From NCBI GenBank assembly GCA_017499595.2, contig CM039008.1, forward strand, positions 2,418,001 to 2,482,000: a stretch of DNA of 64,000 bases, written 5' to 3'. How positions within the stretch are numbered: the stretch's first letter is position 1; each line of letters begins with the position of its first letter. This DNA is from Psilocybe cubensis (Eukaryota). Position numbers and translations under genes: made by a program. Shown here piece after piece: positions 1-14,777 of this stretch. The notes under the pieces are model-generated. The model saw only the letters and a list, made by a program, of their open reading frames with translations, was not told the DNA's origin and searched no databases.

Positions 1-3000
1 GCCCCTATCCTGTTCAAAAAGCCTCACTTCACGGAGATTGCCCACAAAGGTATATTATGACCTATCGGACCTCCGTATCAGGCCAAAAAGTATATGGACA
101 ATCACGAGTGTATCGAAACTTGTCCTCCAACCAGTCGGGTACTTGATTCTGAACTGGTACGACTCTCACAGAATCAGATATCTGTGACTGCTTTGGAATT
201 TCAACGTTTTCAGGCTTGAAGACGAAATATTCAAACGTTTCGATCGTACCCTAAAAACAAAGAAATACAGCTCATCAAGTTAGCCCATTAAGGCCTGGAT
301 CGGCTCCTCATCCTTCTGGATGGTGAACAACGTCGTAATTCAAAGAAAAACAGTACTTGAGTTGAAATTATTGCGTCTGCAAAAATATTGTATCTGGAAG
401 TGCACACCCAGTGTGATATCGTCACTTTTCGGGGTACGGGGACAATGCTTACATCAAAATATTTGATTACTTAACGGACCGAATGCTCGCGACAGTGCCT
501 GACCACCTCAAGGTTCGTCGTCAATATTGACCGATCACCGATGGAGAAGAAAGATATCACTTCAACAAGTCGTAGACAAGTTGGATGTTGACAGGGGAAA
601 ATCTAATGCTACATGTGCTGCGAAGGGCTGAGTATACGTACATGGAAAAGTCTTGTGCAGATTAATGATAGGTAAACGACTTAAAGGTCTTGGACATTTT
701 AAAAACCAAGGTCATCAGACCCTGGCTGTTTAGGCGCCTAAAGCTTGTGATACCGTCTTGCTTACAAGTAAACATACACGAACATTGGATAAAGTCGACT
801 GTAAACGAACAAATGAAAGTCCCAGCTTCGCCTCGCTGGGTATGTTGTTCGCAATAGGCTAAATCCTGCTAAATCTGATCAGAAAGTTGAAATGATAATG
901 TGGAAACTTACCATCACCTTCGTATTTTGATCCATGTGCGGATGCCCTTCCCCGCTCACTTTCGGTTAACATTTATTTCACCATCCTGCCCGTTACATTG
1001 TTGGGTTACAGATTATCCACTCATAAGTAGTTTTAATACAACGCCATTCCCCATCCACTGGAGGCAGCCTGTGTGCCTGGCATCTGACTACGTTATACCT
1101 TTGGTACACCTTATGAAAGTCCACACGACGAACATAAAGAATAAGCTTGAGCTTCACACACAATGTCAAAAGCCTGTTAGTGACCTCCTGAATAATTTCT
1201 CTAGGCAACGGTAGCAATAACCAAGCTGGTCCCCAAAGAGGCTTGGCCTGCATTCGCTATTAATAAGCCCCTCTTGCAAAGCAGAGCGTCCGAACCGTAT
1301 GGGTTCGCGGGATGGACGGGAGTTGATAGAGCAGTATAGGGCTCAACCATGGAGAACGCGTCCCGCATCTGGATACGTGGCCTGATGATGGCTGTAGTTA
1401 TCTGGCACCAAATTTCGCGAATCGGACTGCGCAATCTCTGCGCATTTCCTCTCACCGTAGGTTATTACAAACACGCCTAGGTCATCGAATCATTTGGAAT
1501 AGCGAAAAAAAAGGTCTTCTCGATCTTCTCAAGTGTCAATAATAAGAAGACTTTAAGACCTTTAAACACTCCTTTTTCTGAGAAATGATGGAATGCCAAT
1601 AGGCTGAAGGTTATCACCTCGCCCAGGCAAGTTTTTACTCCTCTTTTTCTTGTAAGCTTGTAATACCACTTCAAGAAGGTATGTCTTCAAACGGTAAAAA
1701 AATATCGGAGTTCCCATTTTTGAAACTCTTCCGAAATAAGTATTCTGATTCAATTTGTAGTAGTTCATCTCGGGTCTATTTGCGGAAGCTTTGTGAATAC
1801 TTCAACCCACACTGAGCCATACTCTGCCATACTGCAGACGTGCGCTTAGACGCCTTCATCAGAATTATTATCAGAAAGCTTCGACGCAGATCAACTATAA
1901 ATAATGTAACCCGTCTGCACGTCAGATCTATTGGAGCAATGGGCCGCTGATATCGTGTCTGTTATTTCAAGGTAGAAGAGTCGGTAGTTTGAATGTTGAA
2001 TGAGTACATACCAAGCCACGGTTTAAAGGTTTTTAAAGACAACACTCGTTGTCCTATTCTATTCTTTGTTTCCCATTTCGAGGTATGTCCGCAAGTTCGC
2101 GCGCGATTGCTGTTCATCAACGATCAGCACTTCTGAACCGAAAAGGAAACATTTGCCACGAAGGTCGCCAGCGGCTAGCCAAAAAGCTTAAATATAGCTG
2201 GTACATATCATTCTCAATGCGGAAATATGCCAAACATGTACTTCCAAAGTTAATTTAAGGTACGTACACATGACAAGTTATATATCGAAATGGGTAGGGG
2301 TAGGACTCCAGCATACCATACCTGTTCGAATTGCTTTATCGTATCCTGCTCCTCGGGAAAGCGATATTCTATCCGATGAAACGTCCAAGCCATGGAACTC
2401 AATATATACATAGAGTATAGCGGTACAATGCCTTGGCTCAGTAGGTGGGTCGTATCGAAGTGCTGGAATCTCTCGTCTACATGCCCGGGCCGACTCATCA
2501 GAAGTCGCGGGGAGTTTTTCATTGATCAAACAAAGACCTTCATTGAAGGAATTGTACGTATATGAGGGAATTGCTAGGTAACTACAACTTAACACCAGCA
2601 AAGCGACTTGGAGTGACATTATGAAGGATTTGTCTGCACACTGGCACGGTACTCCAAATGTTCCCGGTTGTATATAAAACCAAATACCGGAGACCATTAA
2701 TTTCGGCATAGGACTACTGTCGTAAATTCTGTGTAAGGTGACGCCGGCGCCTAGATTATATGTCTTTAAACCGATGTTTCGTTACGGTCACTTGATAATA
2801 TCCACAGATTATAAACAAAGCTTGGAAATTATAAGAAGCCACGAGCTATTTTGACTAAAATGCAGTGAATGTGAATTGCAGGAATGCGATGTTAATTAGC
2901 GCCCGAACAGCCAACCAGTATCCATCAAGGTTAGGGTAAAAACCGAAAAGGCTTCAATTGATCTAACTCAAAACGGACGATAATATGAGTTCTGTCATCC

Positions 3001-3805
3001 AATGTGTAATCAGCAGTGTCCTTGTCATGTAATGCCTTGCAGAAATCTTGAGAAGTATAGAGATAAAATCGAATTTCTTGTTGGCAATTCTCCCCCCCTA
3101 TCGAGAGCACAATTTTTCGTCATTTTTCAACGAGAAACAGGCAAGGATAAGTAAAGAGGAGAGCTCGACGATCAGTAGATAAGTTGAGCCGCAATTTGAT
3201 TTTCTGCTTTTAGGGTCTGCTTGGCTGTTCGCGGATCCGGACGTTGGCTGGAACACAATGAAAGGTGTCTTGGCATTTCAATCTCTTCCTTTCAGTGGTA
3301 TCTCTCAAGTCTATACTACTGAGTGTTTATTTCTTTTTCAATAATCCAATTGTCGTTTACCAAACAAAAAGGATGTTATAAATGAATCTTGTAATGAGTC
3401 TTATGCGCTTGATATAGATAAATGTACTATCCAATTGTAGAACGGGTACAATCCTGCCTGCTTCAAATATCTAGCCTACATTTCATGAATATGTTGATCA
3501 AACACATGCTGAAAAGTACACACGGCACTGACGTCCGTATTATACCAGGGGTTTAGACCATGATTGCAATGGGTGAACTTTACTAGACATTTTTTAGTTA
3601 TTGATCTTAGAATGTGCCTTCAAATAATCATCCAGATACAGTGCTTGTTGGGCAAAGTAACTGTTAACAAGCCATTCCGACAGAAACGGGAGGATGTGTG
3701 GGCACAAACCAAGATACGCAACTTACTTTCAGACTATAGATGTTCACGCTCTAGTTCGAAGATATTTAAATAATGTAGTGTCCAAGCGACAGTTCGAATG
3801 ATACT

Positions 3806-6187
3806 CTATGTCGAATAATCAAGGAATTCCTGGAGCTTGTGTCCAATCCTCGGAGGGAATTTGAACGCAAAAAGTTTGTCTCCGAACGTTCTCACAATGC
3901 GAGCAAGACCTTCTTTCAACCCTATTGAAGTATTTAGTAAGAACAAGCATCACACACACTGACACGCAAAGGAGATGCTTACCATCCCCCATCGACCCAA
4001 GCACTTCCTGAGATTTATGAATTTCAATAGCAAGTGATTCATGTTGCTGCTTCTCTCTGCGAGAAACTGGAGGTTGTGACAATGGCTTTTGCTGAGTGCT
4101 GATTTTGATCTGGTATTCTTCCACTGCAGATAGGAAGGAGACCATAATTTCCAGAACTTTAGGAATGTCTCTCTGTACAGTTCCGTATCTATCCTCCGTC
4201 AACGAGGAGGATATCAGATAGGAAAGAGCTAAAGATGATCAATCAGCCAAGGGGTTCCATTCGTCGGAGAAACATGAAAGCACCTTCAATGACGACAAGA
4301 TCCAGCTCCCGGAATGGCAACGAAGCCTCAACTTCCTTGCTCAGTCTCTTCTTGGCTGCCCATGCTACTACAGTTGCAACGCTGTCTTTTACGGTTTCAG
4401 GGGCGTATGAACTCCACAACGAAGTCGTTGACGAAACAACGCGGGATTTGATACGGCTGCCTAGTCCGGCGGCAGTTTCGACATTCTTCTTTGCCTCTGC
4501 CGCAATAGGCGACGATATCACTTGTGTCTCCAGGCTTCTGAACAGCTCCGGCATGTGTGTAGCGTCTGCGCCGACATCAACGACTTTAGCAATAGGGCCA
4601 TCTGAGGAGAGCGCGTCCAACGCGGCTTGGCCAGGGGACTCTGGAGTTGACTTAAAGATTCGCTGTCGCAGAAGCGGTGTCGGTGTCGCAATGTTAGGGC
4701 TAACAGTCACTTTCGGTGTTACTGGGGCTGGCACAGGTGCGGGCGGTGCGGGCTGACCTCGGCGAAGGAATAGCTGATAATCACTTTCCAGGAGGGCAAG
4801 GCTCTCGCGCACAAGGAAATTCCAGAGGTTCAGAGACGACTGCTGGTCACCGAAGAGCGCCGTTCTCTGTGTGGATGCACTCGTCGATTGATCTTTTGCC
4901 AGATCCCTCAGCTCTGAGTAGGCAAAGTATTTAAAGATCCTGTCGGAAGAGCTAATACCAGATACAATGGTCGTGTTGGCGTCAGCAGTAACTTGAGAAA
5001 CATGAGCGGGCTGTATGCTTGACACTAAGTTATGTGGCAATGCATAGGAAAGAAGACATACCTCTGAAACGACGTGTTCAAACAAGTCGTCAGCTATTTC
5101 CCAGGTAACAAGGGTTGTAAATGCTAAAATCCATGCTCTAACGAGGAGTGGGATATGAATCAAGGGAAGTAAGATTGACCATTGTCCTTTGAGAAAATGA
5201 GCTGTGAATGGCCGTAGAAGCAGAGATACCAGCGGAATCCTAATCAATATAGGAAGACAGAGTCGCGCGATCGCAAAAAGAAGGGAAGCCGTAGAGATGG
5301 CCATTGTCGAAAAGACTGTAGACACAATGATGGCCATAGCAACTGTGAAAAATTGAACTGTATGCCCAGAATGAGACTGGTGCGGGTATTAATTCCAGTT
5401 AATGAAAAGGCTCATAGATTTACGCACGGAATGGGACCATCTATAAGCGAATCTGTCTATCATCGCTCCCCTCAGAGAAAATGCCAATGCAGTCGAAGCT
5501 TGGGAAAAAAATAAAAATACAAGGCGACCGTTGAGGTAATAAGGATGTTTTCTGTAGATGTCAATTTTAGTCTAAGCAAGTGAAGGGGAAGACCTACTTG
5601 GATTTTACAAATATCGATAGCTTGGGGTCGCCTCGAATATCTGACTCGTAGTAGTAAGCCATGACCGTATGGATGATAAGGGCCGAAAGCGCGGAAAGGA
5701 AGTATACAATCGATGCAACCTTCATGCTCTTTTGTGACGATGACATTTTGATTATGTCTATCGGAGACGCAGCACCAGAGCGTTGTGCTATAGATGTACT
5801 GTTAGTATGTACATTATTTCAGGCTGTAAAATACGCACCTCGTAGAAACACCTTGCGGAGGACAGTTGTAGGCAGGGCCACTGTAAACCAACTCAGAGCA
5901 AGAAACACGATCCACGGGGAAAGCGGAAGGGTAGCAATAACCCATATTTTCGGACTTCCTAGCTGCCACCACGCCCAAAATCCATCAATGAGCCATGTCA
6001 CTGCCGCTGTGAACAGTAAAACAAACTTCAGTCTGTGCTGGAAGAGAGATTTGAGAAGAGGTTCATATGCTTCGGTTGCGGGTGGGACTGAAGGTGTGGA
6101 TCTAGTGGATATCGTAGATGTTATTGCCCTCACGGGAGTCATCGGAGTTGGCGTTCCGATTCGTGCATTGGGCACCGTCTTCGACAT
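3806..6187 (-). CDS. NDC1: Nucleoporin / spindle-pole-body membrane protein Ndc1 (multi-exon)
   Basis: N-terminal hydrophobic TM exons (5819..6187, 4243..5337). C-terminal motifs EDRYGTVQRDIPKVLE and LKEGLARIVRTFGDKL..KFPPR resemble fungal Ndc1. Stop TAG at 3806-3808. Confidence 0.8.
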
Positions 6188-7872
6188 CGAGCTCGCTGCT
6201 TTCGTCGTTTGTTCTGCGCGCGTTCGTCACGTCACGATAGCGAACAAGACAGCGTGACACGTCACATATCACGGGACCGTAAACACAATCTGCCGGCAAG
6301 CAATCGAGTTTGTTCCTCTCTTTTTCTTCTTGAATGGCTATTCATTCTATACTTGGTACTTGGATACCCTAGCATCGACACATTTGCGATATTACTTCAT
6401 GTTCTGACTTTTCGCTCGAACCGTTGTCACCGCAATCAACGAGCCAACATGGTCGATGAAGAACTGCAGGATCTGCCCTTTGACCCAGGGTCTGAATCCT
6501 CAAGAATATCGTCACCCAACAGCTCCCACTGAAATTCAGACGAAATTAAAAATTCGAGTGTTAAATATGGATTTCCGTTCAATATCCATCCAACAGTCAT
6601 ATGGGATTGGAAAGCCTTCCAATCAAACTCCACCTGGCCCCTTAGATTGTGCAGAATTCTGCCAGCTAGACAGCATTGCTGGTTGTGTCATACAAAACGG
6701 CTACTGGATATACCAAACCTATGGATTGTCTCAATCGGCCACAGATCGGCCCCTGCTGTTCATCGAAACAAAATTGCGACACCGTCTTTCGTGTGGGGCG
6801 ACCACATGGTCAATCGTCGCTGTCTGGAAAGGAGCATCACATTCTGAAGGCAGCAGCAATCAACGCGGGATTAAACTATTGTCGTATGTCCTTCATTATT
6901 TGAGCCATGGATGGGTGCCAATGATCACACAAGCTTGTCTACTTCAGCTGGCCGATGCCACTATTGGAATGACTCGGCTAAGATTGGTGAGAAATTTACA
7001 TGAAGGGTATAAATTTAGCCTGTTCAAAATACCGCTGGCCACGAATCTATGTGGCCATCAAGTGCTGGGTTGAGCAATAATAATAAACCATCGCGCTGGT
7101 GTTCGCAACAACTGTTTTTACCCTGGAACTTGAGAACATGGACGATATAATTCAAATCTCATTCTCAGGGTTTTCAGCCCAAATCTTATTACGATTTGAG
7201 TCGCATGATTGGATAGTGCACTGCGAGATTCCTATCTCTGCGCCACGCCAGCATGTCCATATACTTCTTCTTTACAAAATTGTACTGGAGGAAGCTCGGC
7301 ACCGACTACTTGAGCTGCTTTCACAGAACTGTACATGTCCTTCTTTGATGACCACATACAACTTCTAATCGAACGGATTTAACACCCGCCCTAAGAATAT
7401 GATACATACTCACGGCAAGCTAAATTTAGTGTCCTCTTTGACTTTTGCCCGCAGGTATGATGCTCCTGTCTCCGACCCTACACAAAGCGGCCAGGCTTGC
7501 TGGCGGTTTTACACAACTAATATTAATAACGACACATGACACGAGGTATTACATCGAGGTTCGAAACACCACGCATCCACACAAAAGGCCTATAATTTAG
7601 TAAATAGGAATATACAGACTGGCGGAAGGCGGAAGCCTTCTACATCTAAAAAATTCACGCTCTATCTCTCCCTGGAGACATACTTATATGTCCCGGGGTC
7701 AGACCGAATTATCCCCATTAGAGAAGGGAACAGCTAATCAAGGTTTTTTTCAGGTTCACCGTAAAGTACTTCGGGGCGTGCGTGTTTATGAATGCTGTCC
7801 GTCATACACGCCCTTCAGACTCTCCCTCCGAGCGCCAGAAATTTCTTGCAATAGCACCACCACCATCCCACT

Positions 7873-9732
7873 ATGCGCTTTAACAGCGTCTATCTGTTTG
7901 CGACCGGCATTCTTAACGCTACCTTTGGACATACGCAAACGACCAATTCCTCTGCGAGTGCCTTGAGGACCTGCACACTACTCCAATCTAGCCTTGGTCC
8001 GGAGATTGTACAACTTTCTGGGGCGGAGTATCTCGCAAGCGCGTCAAATTCTTGGAGTCTGTTCAACGCCGGAAACAAACCGACATGCATCATCTTCCCT
8101 GAGGAAACGTCGCACGTGCAGGTCGCGATGGCGTCCATATTTCGCGACAAGATACACTACGCCGTCCAGGCAGGCGGACATACTGCAATGACGGGATGGA
8201 ATACGTGCGTTCAAAATCTGAGTGTTTTACTGCTGCGGAACCATGTGTTTATACGATTCTTTTTAGGGTACAAGACGGAATTCTTTTCTTCTTTTCTCAC
8301 ATGAAAAATGTTTCATATGACGCTACGAAGGATACTATCACCTTGCAACCAGGAATCCATTGGGGAGAAGCATTGACTGCCCTTGAACCTCTTGGGGTTG
8401 CACCTCTGGGCGGTAGGCTTGGGTATGTATATATATATTTGTGTGAGCCAAGTTTTATACTAACGTTCCACATCTTGTTCAGTGATGTCGGAACAGGTCT
8501 TCTCCTCGGCGGAGGACTTAGCTATCTCTCTGGAGAGTATGGCTTCTCATCCGATGCCTACGTCGAACTTGATGTCGTTCTGGTTACCGGACAGCTTGTA
8601 ACGGCTAATGCAACAAACGAATTCTCCGACCTCTTCCGCGCGCTAAAAGGCGGAGCGAACCGCTTTGGAATTGTGACCAGATATGAGGTGCAAGCCATAC
8701 ATACAGGAACCAACGACGATAAAAATTGGTTCGGCGGTCTCATTCTGGTGTGTTTATGTTTAGATTGTAAAATGCCTCATAACTAGTGCTAATTCACAGG
8801 AATTGCATTTTGACAGTACCCAAATTCTTCTGCAGAGGCGCTTATCAACGCCACACATCGATACGTCACCACTGTCAACGATCCTCGAGCATGTACGTGC
8901 TTCGCAACTAGAGCGCATTAGGAGCTCACCAATTAACGGAGTTAATTAGCCATCCTTATGGCATTTTCCAGTACCATAAACGGCACTGATATCGTTCCCA
9001 GCCACATTTTGACGTTGTTTTTCAGAGGGTCGGCTCTACCCCCCGCCATTTTCGGAGAGTTCTTGTCTATTCCATCGACCTTTCAGCAGCTATCTGCGGT
9101 CAGCTACTTGGAAGCAAATAATATTCTGGGTGATGGCTCTGATCGTGGTTTCGGGCAACTTTTCGGTGCTTCTGTGTTCAACGGCACGGTTGATCAATAC
9201 ATGAACGCTTTCCGGGCCTGGAGCGAGTACACTGCTTCTATTAAGGATTCTTTGTTTGGGACAGTGCTTGCATTCACCCCCATTCAGAAGTCGCAGATAT
9301 TGGCGGGAAGAGCGCGTGGCTCAAACATCATGGATCCACCATTGGAAAACTATGCAGCCGTGCAAATTCAAACTCAAACTCAGAGCGGGCTACTTAGACT
9401 CTCAGCCGAGGTCGACTCTGCAAGGCAAACGCTTTTCAATAGGTATAATTCTGCGTCTCCCATAAAGTTTCCCAAATTGTTACTGACTGGTATTGGTTTA
9501 ATCTGTAACAGTATTCCTCCATCTCCAGGGTTGCCTCTGTATATCAATGAGTGCGACGCACAACAGAACGTTTTTGCCACTTATGGGAGGTATAACGAGC
9601 TGAGGAATACCTATGCAAAATACGATCCGACTCGGTATGAGCATATCTTTAGAGGCATAGCAATAGAGTCAACTAATTCATTCGTACTCTAGATTTAACG
9701 TGGGTTATACCGAAGGTCCAATCGGTCTATAA
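7873..9732 (+). CDS. Secreted FAD-binding (PCMH/BBE-like) oxidoreductase
   Basis: Signal-peptide-like N-terminus; KPTCIIFP, VQAGGH (candidate covalent-FAD His), LLLGGGLSYLS, LFRALKGGANRFGIVT, and C-terminal YINE...KYDP. GT-AG introns; stop TAA 9730-9732. Confidence 0.88.
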
Positions 9733-10405
9733 TTATGAAGTCCACTTATTGCTTTTGTTATTATCTATGTAACATATCAAATATTTGGAAGCTTTGATTT
9801 ATGCTAGATTTATGTCGCATTTATTGTGTTAGATTACCTTATTAGATGTAGAAGTTCTTCATCTGTGTGTTATGTTGTAGCCTATGTATATCCATTTTGT
9901 CAAAGCGTCACCTTTTTTTCCTTGTCAAATTAACCTACCCAGAACATGTGCATGAGTTGTCATGCGTTCTCCCTGTCGAATACCTATGGGTTCTCTTTAA
10001 TAGGGTTCAGGCCCTATGATACTCGCATCAACATAACATAACATTCTAAATTTCCTTTTTTGAACGATTTTTGGACCCACAAACACACGGGCCACATAAA
10101 AAGCATACAGGATAAATTTACCCCTACAGCCGATAAATATCCGTAGATGATGAAAAAGGAGAATTTTGGCTTCCGATGCGGCCCACAACATCGCATGTGC
10201 CTGGACGGATCCATAATTCTATCCTTTAAGTCGACCCGTAGATGTTTCCTTCGGAAAGTGGGAATTAGACTGTCAGACCAGATTATAACGAGCTCCGGTG
10301 CCAGTCAGCCATGATAAAGCTGGACAATTCTCTAGAGTGTGGTCACGTCTTCCTCAGATTTCAGCTACCCATCGTTTCTTTTCTCGACGCCCTGTGACGA
10401 CCAAA

Positions 10406-11536
10406 ATGCTTTCAGCTCCCTTGTCTCCCTCAGCATCGCATGCTATCATCCCTAAAACACCCATGCGGCGATTGCTCTACAAATTCGATTCGCATAAACC
10501 TAATATGGCCTTAGGAAAGCGTACACGCCATCTCCACCATGCTTCTACCGGTGTATCTGAAGCCAACAATGAAGCACAGGCAGCGACGCTTACAGCAAAT
10601 TCCTCCTCAGACTACCTTGACACCGCTGGACTTGCTCACTCTGTCACGGGGACCCAAGAGACCAACACTGAGCGGGCACGCCTTGCTTTTCAACTACACG
10701 ATCGGCCCTTGGATGCTGTAGTTATCACCACCCTCCCTCGCTATCCTTTTTGCTGCCACGAGGATTTGATTACGATGTCTCGTCAGCAGCTGGTGGATGT
10801 GGCTACCCTCTTCAACGCCCAACTCCCCAAGACCATACAGATAGATCTATCTGATGGTGTGTCAGCTGCGCACATTCGGCACTGCATCGAGAGTCTGGTG
10901 GGGATCATACCAAACATCCCTGGCGCTCCAAAGGCCGCCAAGTCGAGACAGTCTGGTAGGGTTGGACCGATCTCCGACCTCTTCTCTGAGGACTCCCAAC
11001 TCGATATTGTTCCCTCTCCTCCGACGAGCCCATTGGCCGTGCGATACACTAGAAAACACGAGGTCTCCAAAATGTCAAGCTCTTCTGTTTTATTGGAATC
11101 GTTGGAAGAAGAAGACGAAAACATCCTCTTTTCAAAAAAGAGAGCGTGTAAAAAGAGGAAGCTTTCCGATTCCCTCGACATTCCCACCAGGTACGCTTAC
11201 GACACTGAAGGAGACGATATAACACCTATCCGTCCATTGAGGCTTTCTCCAAAGGAGGAATTATCTTCGTCCCCAGATATACACGCTCAAGAGGGAGACA
11301 GTACGGGACTTTTATCTCCGCTGTTAGCCAGGTTGCAAAAAAGGTCTGCTCGGGATTCTTCTAAAAGCTCTGAGAGTGCTTTACATTTGAAGACACGACT
11401 TCGACCGAGGCCTGGAATGAGTCGATATAGCAGAGACACCCGAGCACAGCAAGTCCATGCTATTGGCATGTACGAGATGGAGACATCTTTCCACAGTCTA
11501 GGAAACGACAACGATGCATGTATGGATCTGTCTTGA
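10406..11536 (+). CDS. Hypothetical protein, intronless (small folded core plus low-complexity basic/acidic tail)
   Basis: 412-codon open frame; first ATG at 10406; core RYPFCCHEDL...HIRHCIESLVG; NLS-like KKRACKKRK. Confidence 0.65.
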   Translation: MLSAPLSPSASHAIIPKTPMRRLLYKFDSHKPNMALGKRTRHLHHASTGVSEANNEAQAATLTANSSSDYLDTAGLAHSVTGTQETNTERARLAFQLHDRPLDAVVITTLPRYPFCCHEDLITMSRQQLVDVATLFNAQLPKTIQIDLSDGVSAAHIRHCIESLVGIIPNIPGAPKAAKSRQSGRVGPISDLFSEDSQLDIVPSPPTSPLAVRYTRKHEVSKMSSSSVLLESLEEEDENILFSKKRACKKRKLSDSLDIPTRYAYDTEGDDITPIRPLRLSPKEELSSSPDIHAQEGDSTGLLSPLLARLQKRSARDSSKSSESALHLKTRLRPRPGMSRYSRDTRAQQVHAIGMYEMETSFHSLGNDNDACMDLS

Positions 11537-11860
11537 TCACACCTGGAAAACAACAGTATTGGCACGGTTCCGAGTCCTTCCCCTTTAGATGTTCGTATGT
11601 TATATATTGTCTCTTGTTTTCCTTAGAAGTAAGCTGCTTCTGATACCAGATAAATCGTATCGTATAATCCAAATGTATTAAATACCCAATGTATCGTTTG
11701 TCTATGTTCGACGTTCAGTGTTATCCGATGGAAGAGATGGCTGAACTATAAAATTGGACTCAAGGACGTTCAGACAGAGACAGCAGACCTTTGAAGTTGA
11801 AAATCGAACTACGCCGCGCAGTTTAACAGTATATATTCAAGAACGGTGGACTCAGCGGGA

Positions 11861-13241
11861 TTAAGTATCACGCATTTTAGGGGTCAGGTTTTGACCATTA
11901 TGATCTTGAATCATGATACCAAGCCCCTTCAGGTTTTTTAGGCCGTCCTCTAACGCTCGGAAATGGAAATATAACTTCTCGATATTCGCTTCATCAAGGA
12001 GTTGGACGACTACTAGGTTGGGATTTCGGGATTTAACAGCGGGAAGGGTATCATGTAAGAGCTGTTTCAAGTGAGAGTTTGAAACCTGGGAGAGAAGCGT
12101 CCGTATACAAAGCTTCGTCACTGAATCGGGCATATCGAGTAAAGATCCTGTAGAGTTGATGAAGGAGGACCAATTACGAAGAACCAGGTTGAGTTGCAGC
12201 AAGTTGTGGCATGTGTCCCGCATCTTGTCCATAACGGAAGTGATGTGGTTACGCGCAATGGTTGGGTGGACCGTGTAATGTAGGATCTGTACGGCGACAA
12301 GTTTCTCTCCAAGGAGATCAAAAATCGTGGTCCTTATGGTCCTTAGACTTACCCTGGGGAGCTCTTCGACCACGTACGAGATCCATTTCAGGGAGGGTAG
12401 GTCAACTTGTGTGAGATTGACAGAGCGCAGATCCTGTGGATATACACGTATTAACAGAGGGTGCAAAATTTTGAGTGCGTTTAATTGAACGCCATTGGTC
12501 GGTTCAATAGATGCCGGTCCTCGAATCATTTCGAGTTGGTCATGACGCTCCAGGAAATGCGTCCAGCTCTTGTCGCTAGGCGGGAGACAGTTGGTGTACC
12601 ATATCACTACCTTTAGAGATTTTCGGCAAGACAGAGAGTCCAGTATTTGTGAAGATTGATGTGTGATGTAGCCCTGTGCGACTGTAGAGAACGTCAAAAT
12701 CTCAAGGCGTGGCAAGAACCCAACAAGGTCTGCGATATGGCCCTGATTCTGAAGGACAGTTTTAATATTGTACTCGTTGTCACATAGATTAATATCCAGC
12801 CTTCTGGTCCACCACCCAAGCGCACATTCTTGGCTGTCGTTGTCGGGCGTTGATTCAAGGGCATTCCGAAGTGAATCAACGCCTTTGGTTTTTTTCAAGT
12901 GGATATACTGAAATAGGAGGGGGCAGGCCATTGTATACCAGGCTTTACTGACTCTGGACATCCGACTCCTCATGATCTAGGCAGATATTTTGGGAACTCA
13001 GAAATGTTTTGGCAATGCAGATCGACAACCGACGCACCAAGGATGACCTGAGCTCTTTCGTTTCGCGTCTTTCATTCGCTCGGATGAAGCTGAAAGCCCG
13101 TGAAGCAGTCATATTGGGGTCATACAGGCCTAATCCCGACCCTCCGGCGTATTCCATAATCCTGATCCATATCTCGGTTGGGATATGGTTGAGAATCGGC
13201 CTTTCGCTTGGTGTTTTATGGTAAAAGACCTTTGCTGACAT
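11861..13241 (-). CDS. F-box-like / LRR-like protein, one intron
   Basis: IPTEIWIRIMEY, then after an intron MSRVSKAWYTMACPLLFQYI (F-box-like pattern), followed by LxxLxL repeats. Confidence 0.7.
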
Positions 13242-13842
13242 CGGACACCGGTACTGTCCTATGGAAATTTATGATCAGTAACATGAGGAGTCTGAAAGTG
13301 CTGCAACCAGCAACATTATGAGCCACATACCTGTACGTGAGTGTGTTGAGTTGATGACGCTTAATCTGACTCAATCAATAAAAATCTGGTCGTGGGACAA
13401 GTCTGTGACGGGGCCCGTTATTCACACGGGTCCCGGCACACCTTCGAAGCTCAAATGACTGGATAAAGTTGTCTATTCAAGCTCGCCTCTTCTACTTACT
13501 CTACGTACTGCTTATATACCTTACTGTAGTACATACGTTATAGATAGAATAATGAGAGAAATATCAAATACGAAACTTGTGGAAAGCGATAGAAAACTGT
13601 GTTGCTCCGGCACGTCCATGCCGGATCTGCTCGGCATTCCCTATTAGGATGCCGCCGTCACAAAGTCGAATCTGACTTTGAATCTCGTGTCTAGCACCAA
13701 CCATCACAATCACAGGTCGGCACCATGTTGGAGATTCTTGTCAATTACCTTGACCACGTAACGACGACCTGAACAGCTTAGTACTGTATTTCAATCCTTA
13801 GTCACCTGTCCTTTCTCAGATCTCCCTTTACATTCAGTCATT

Positions 13843-14777
13843 ATGCCACTACCTTCTCTTCAAATCATCGAGTCGGAGGAAGAGTCGTCGCTCCACCCCC
13901 GAGCCATTTGGAATCATTGGAAGAGGAATATTATCTGGGATCCTAGATCGTACTATGGTGCGTAATATGCTGGACGTCCTTAGATTCCTTATATTCTTAC
14001 CACGCAGCATAATTAGGGGCATTAGAATTCAGCGGATTATTGGTTCTTTATTTTTCATACATGAATATTACGCAAAGTAAGTATGGACTAATGACGTTTT
14101 TATTATATTTGATCATACCTTGACCATACCAATGTAGATATTCAGTATAATGTTTTGTATACTCTTGCGAAGTTCACATCTGGACTTTTTCTCCTAATCC
14201 CCATCGCTATTCTGTGAGCTCCTGGAGTAATGGATATCACAAACATACCAGTTTATCTCTAAATTTTACTTTGACAGACACTGGTACAGCAACCACCGGC
14301 AATCTAATAGCATACTTACACGTTCAAAAGTGCACCTGTATATTGTTATGTTTATTTTTTTCAAAGTGTTCTGTAAGCTCCTCCCACTTCGTAATTTTAC
14401 GTTGACATATAGACAACCCTATGCAGTATCTCAACTTATTGGTCTTGGTGTACATCAGAAATGCTACTCCCAATGCGAATTCATCACCTCCGTTGATATC
14501 CTCCTATGGATAACCATCCCCATACGTGAGTATTTTATTGAAAGACTACATAGTTGTTAGCTTCAACCTATTGTCAGTACTTTGGACATGCTATGTCATA
14601 TATACACTAGCAAAGAACGCTCGCAAAGATTCTGTTCCGCCAGAGGATCCTTCTCCTGCGGTCATCGACTCTTATCCCGAGGACTTGGACGGGAGCCAGA
14701 GAGCATGGGGTGACTCGACCATCGCCGACGGTATCGAAGATGATTCTGTTCCACAGCAAGGTCAGATTCGCCTATAG
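13843..14777 (+). CDS. Hypothetical multi-pass membrane protein (multi-exon)
   Basis: ATG at 13843; hydrophobic exons separated by GT..AG introns; acidic C-terminal tail ending GQIRL. Confidence 0.55.

Noticed and set aside
1-3000. Short minus-strand ORFs, one with F-box-like LPREIIQEV
   Set aside because: Frames are broken and no coherent gene model could be built. Possibly decayed genes, but unsupported.
6453-6470. TCGATGAAGAAC resembling 5.8S rRNA
   Set aside because: Only 12 nt match and the flanks have no rRNA similarity.
6209-7368. ORFs of 107-205 aa divergent from NDC1
   Set aside because: No recognisable domain, and stops interrupt the most plausible frame.
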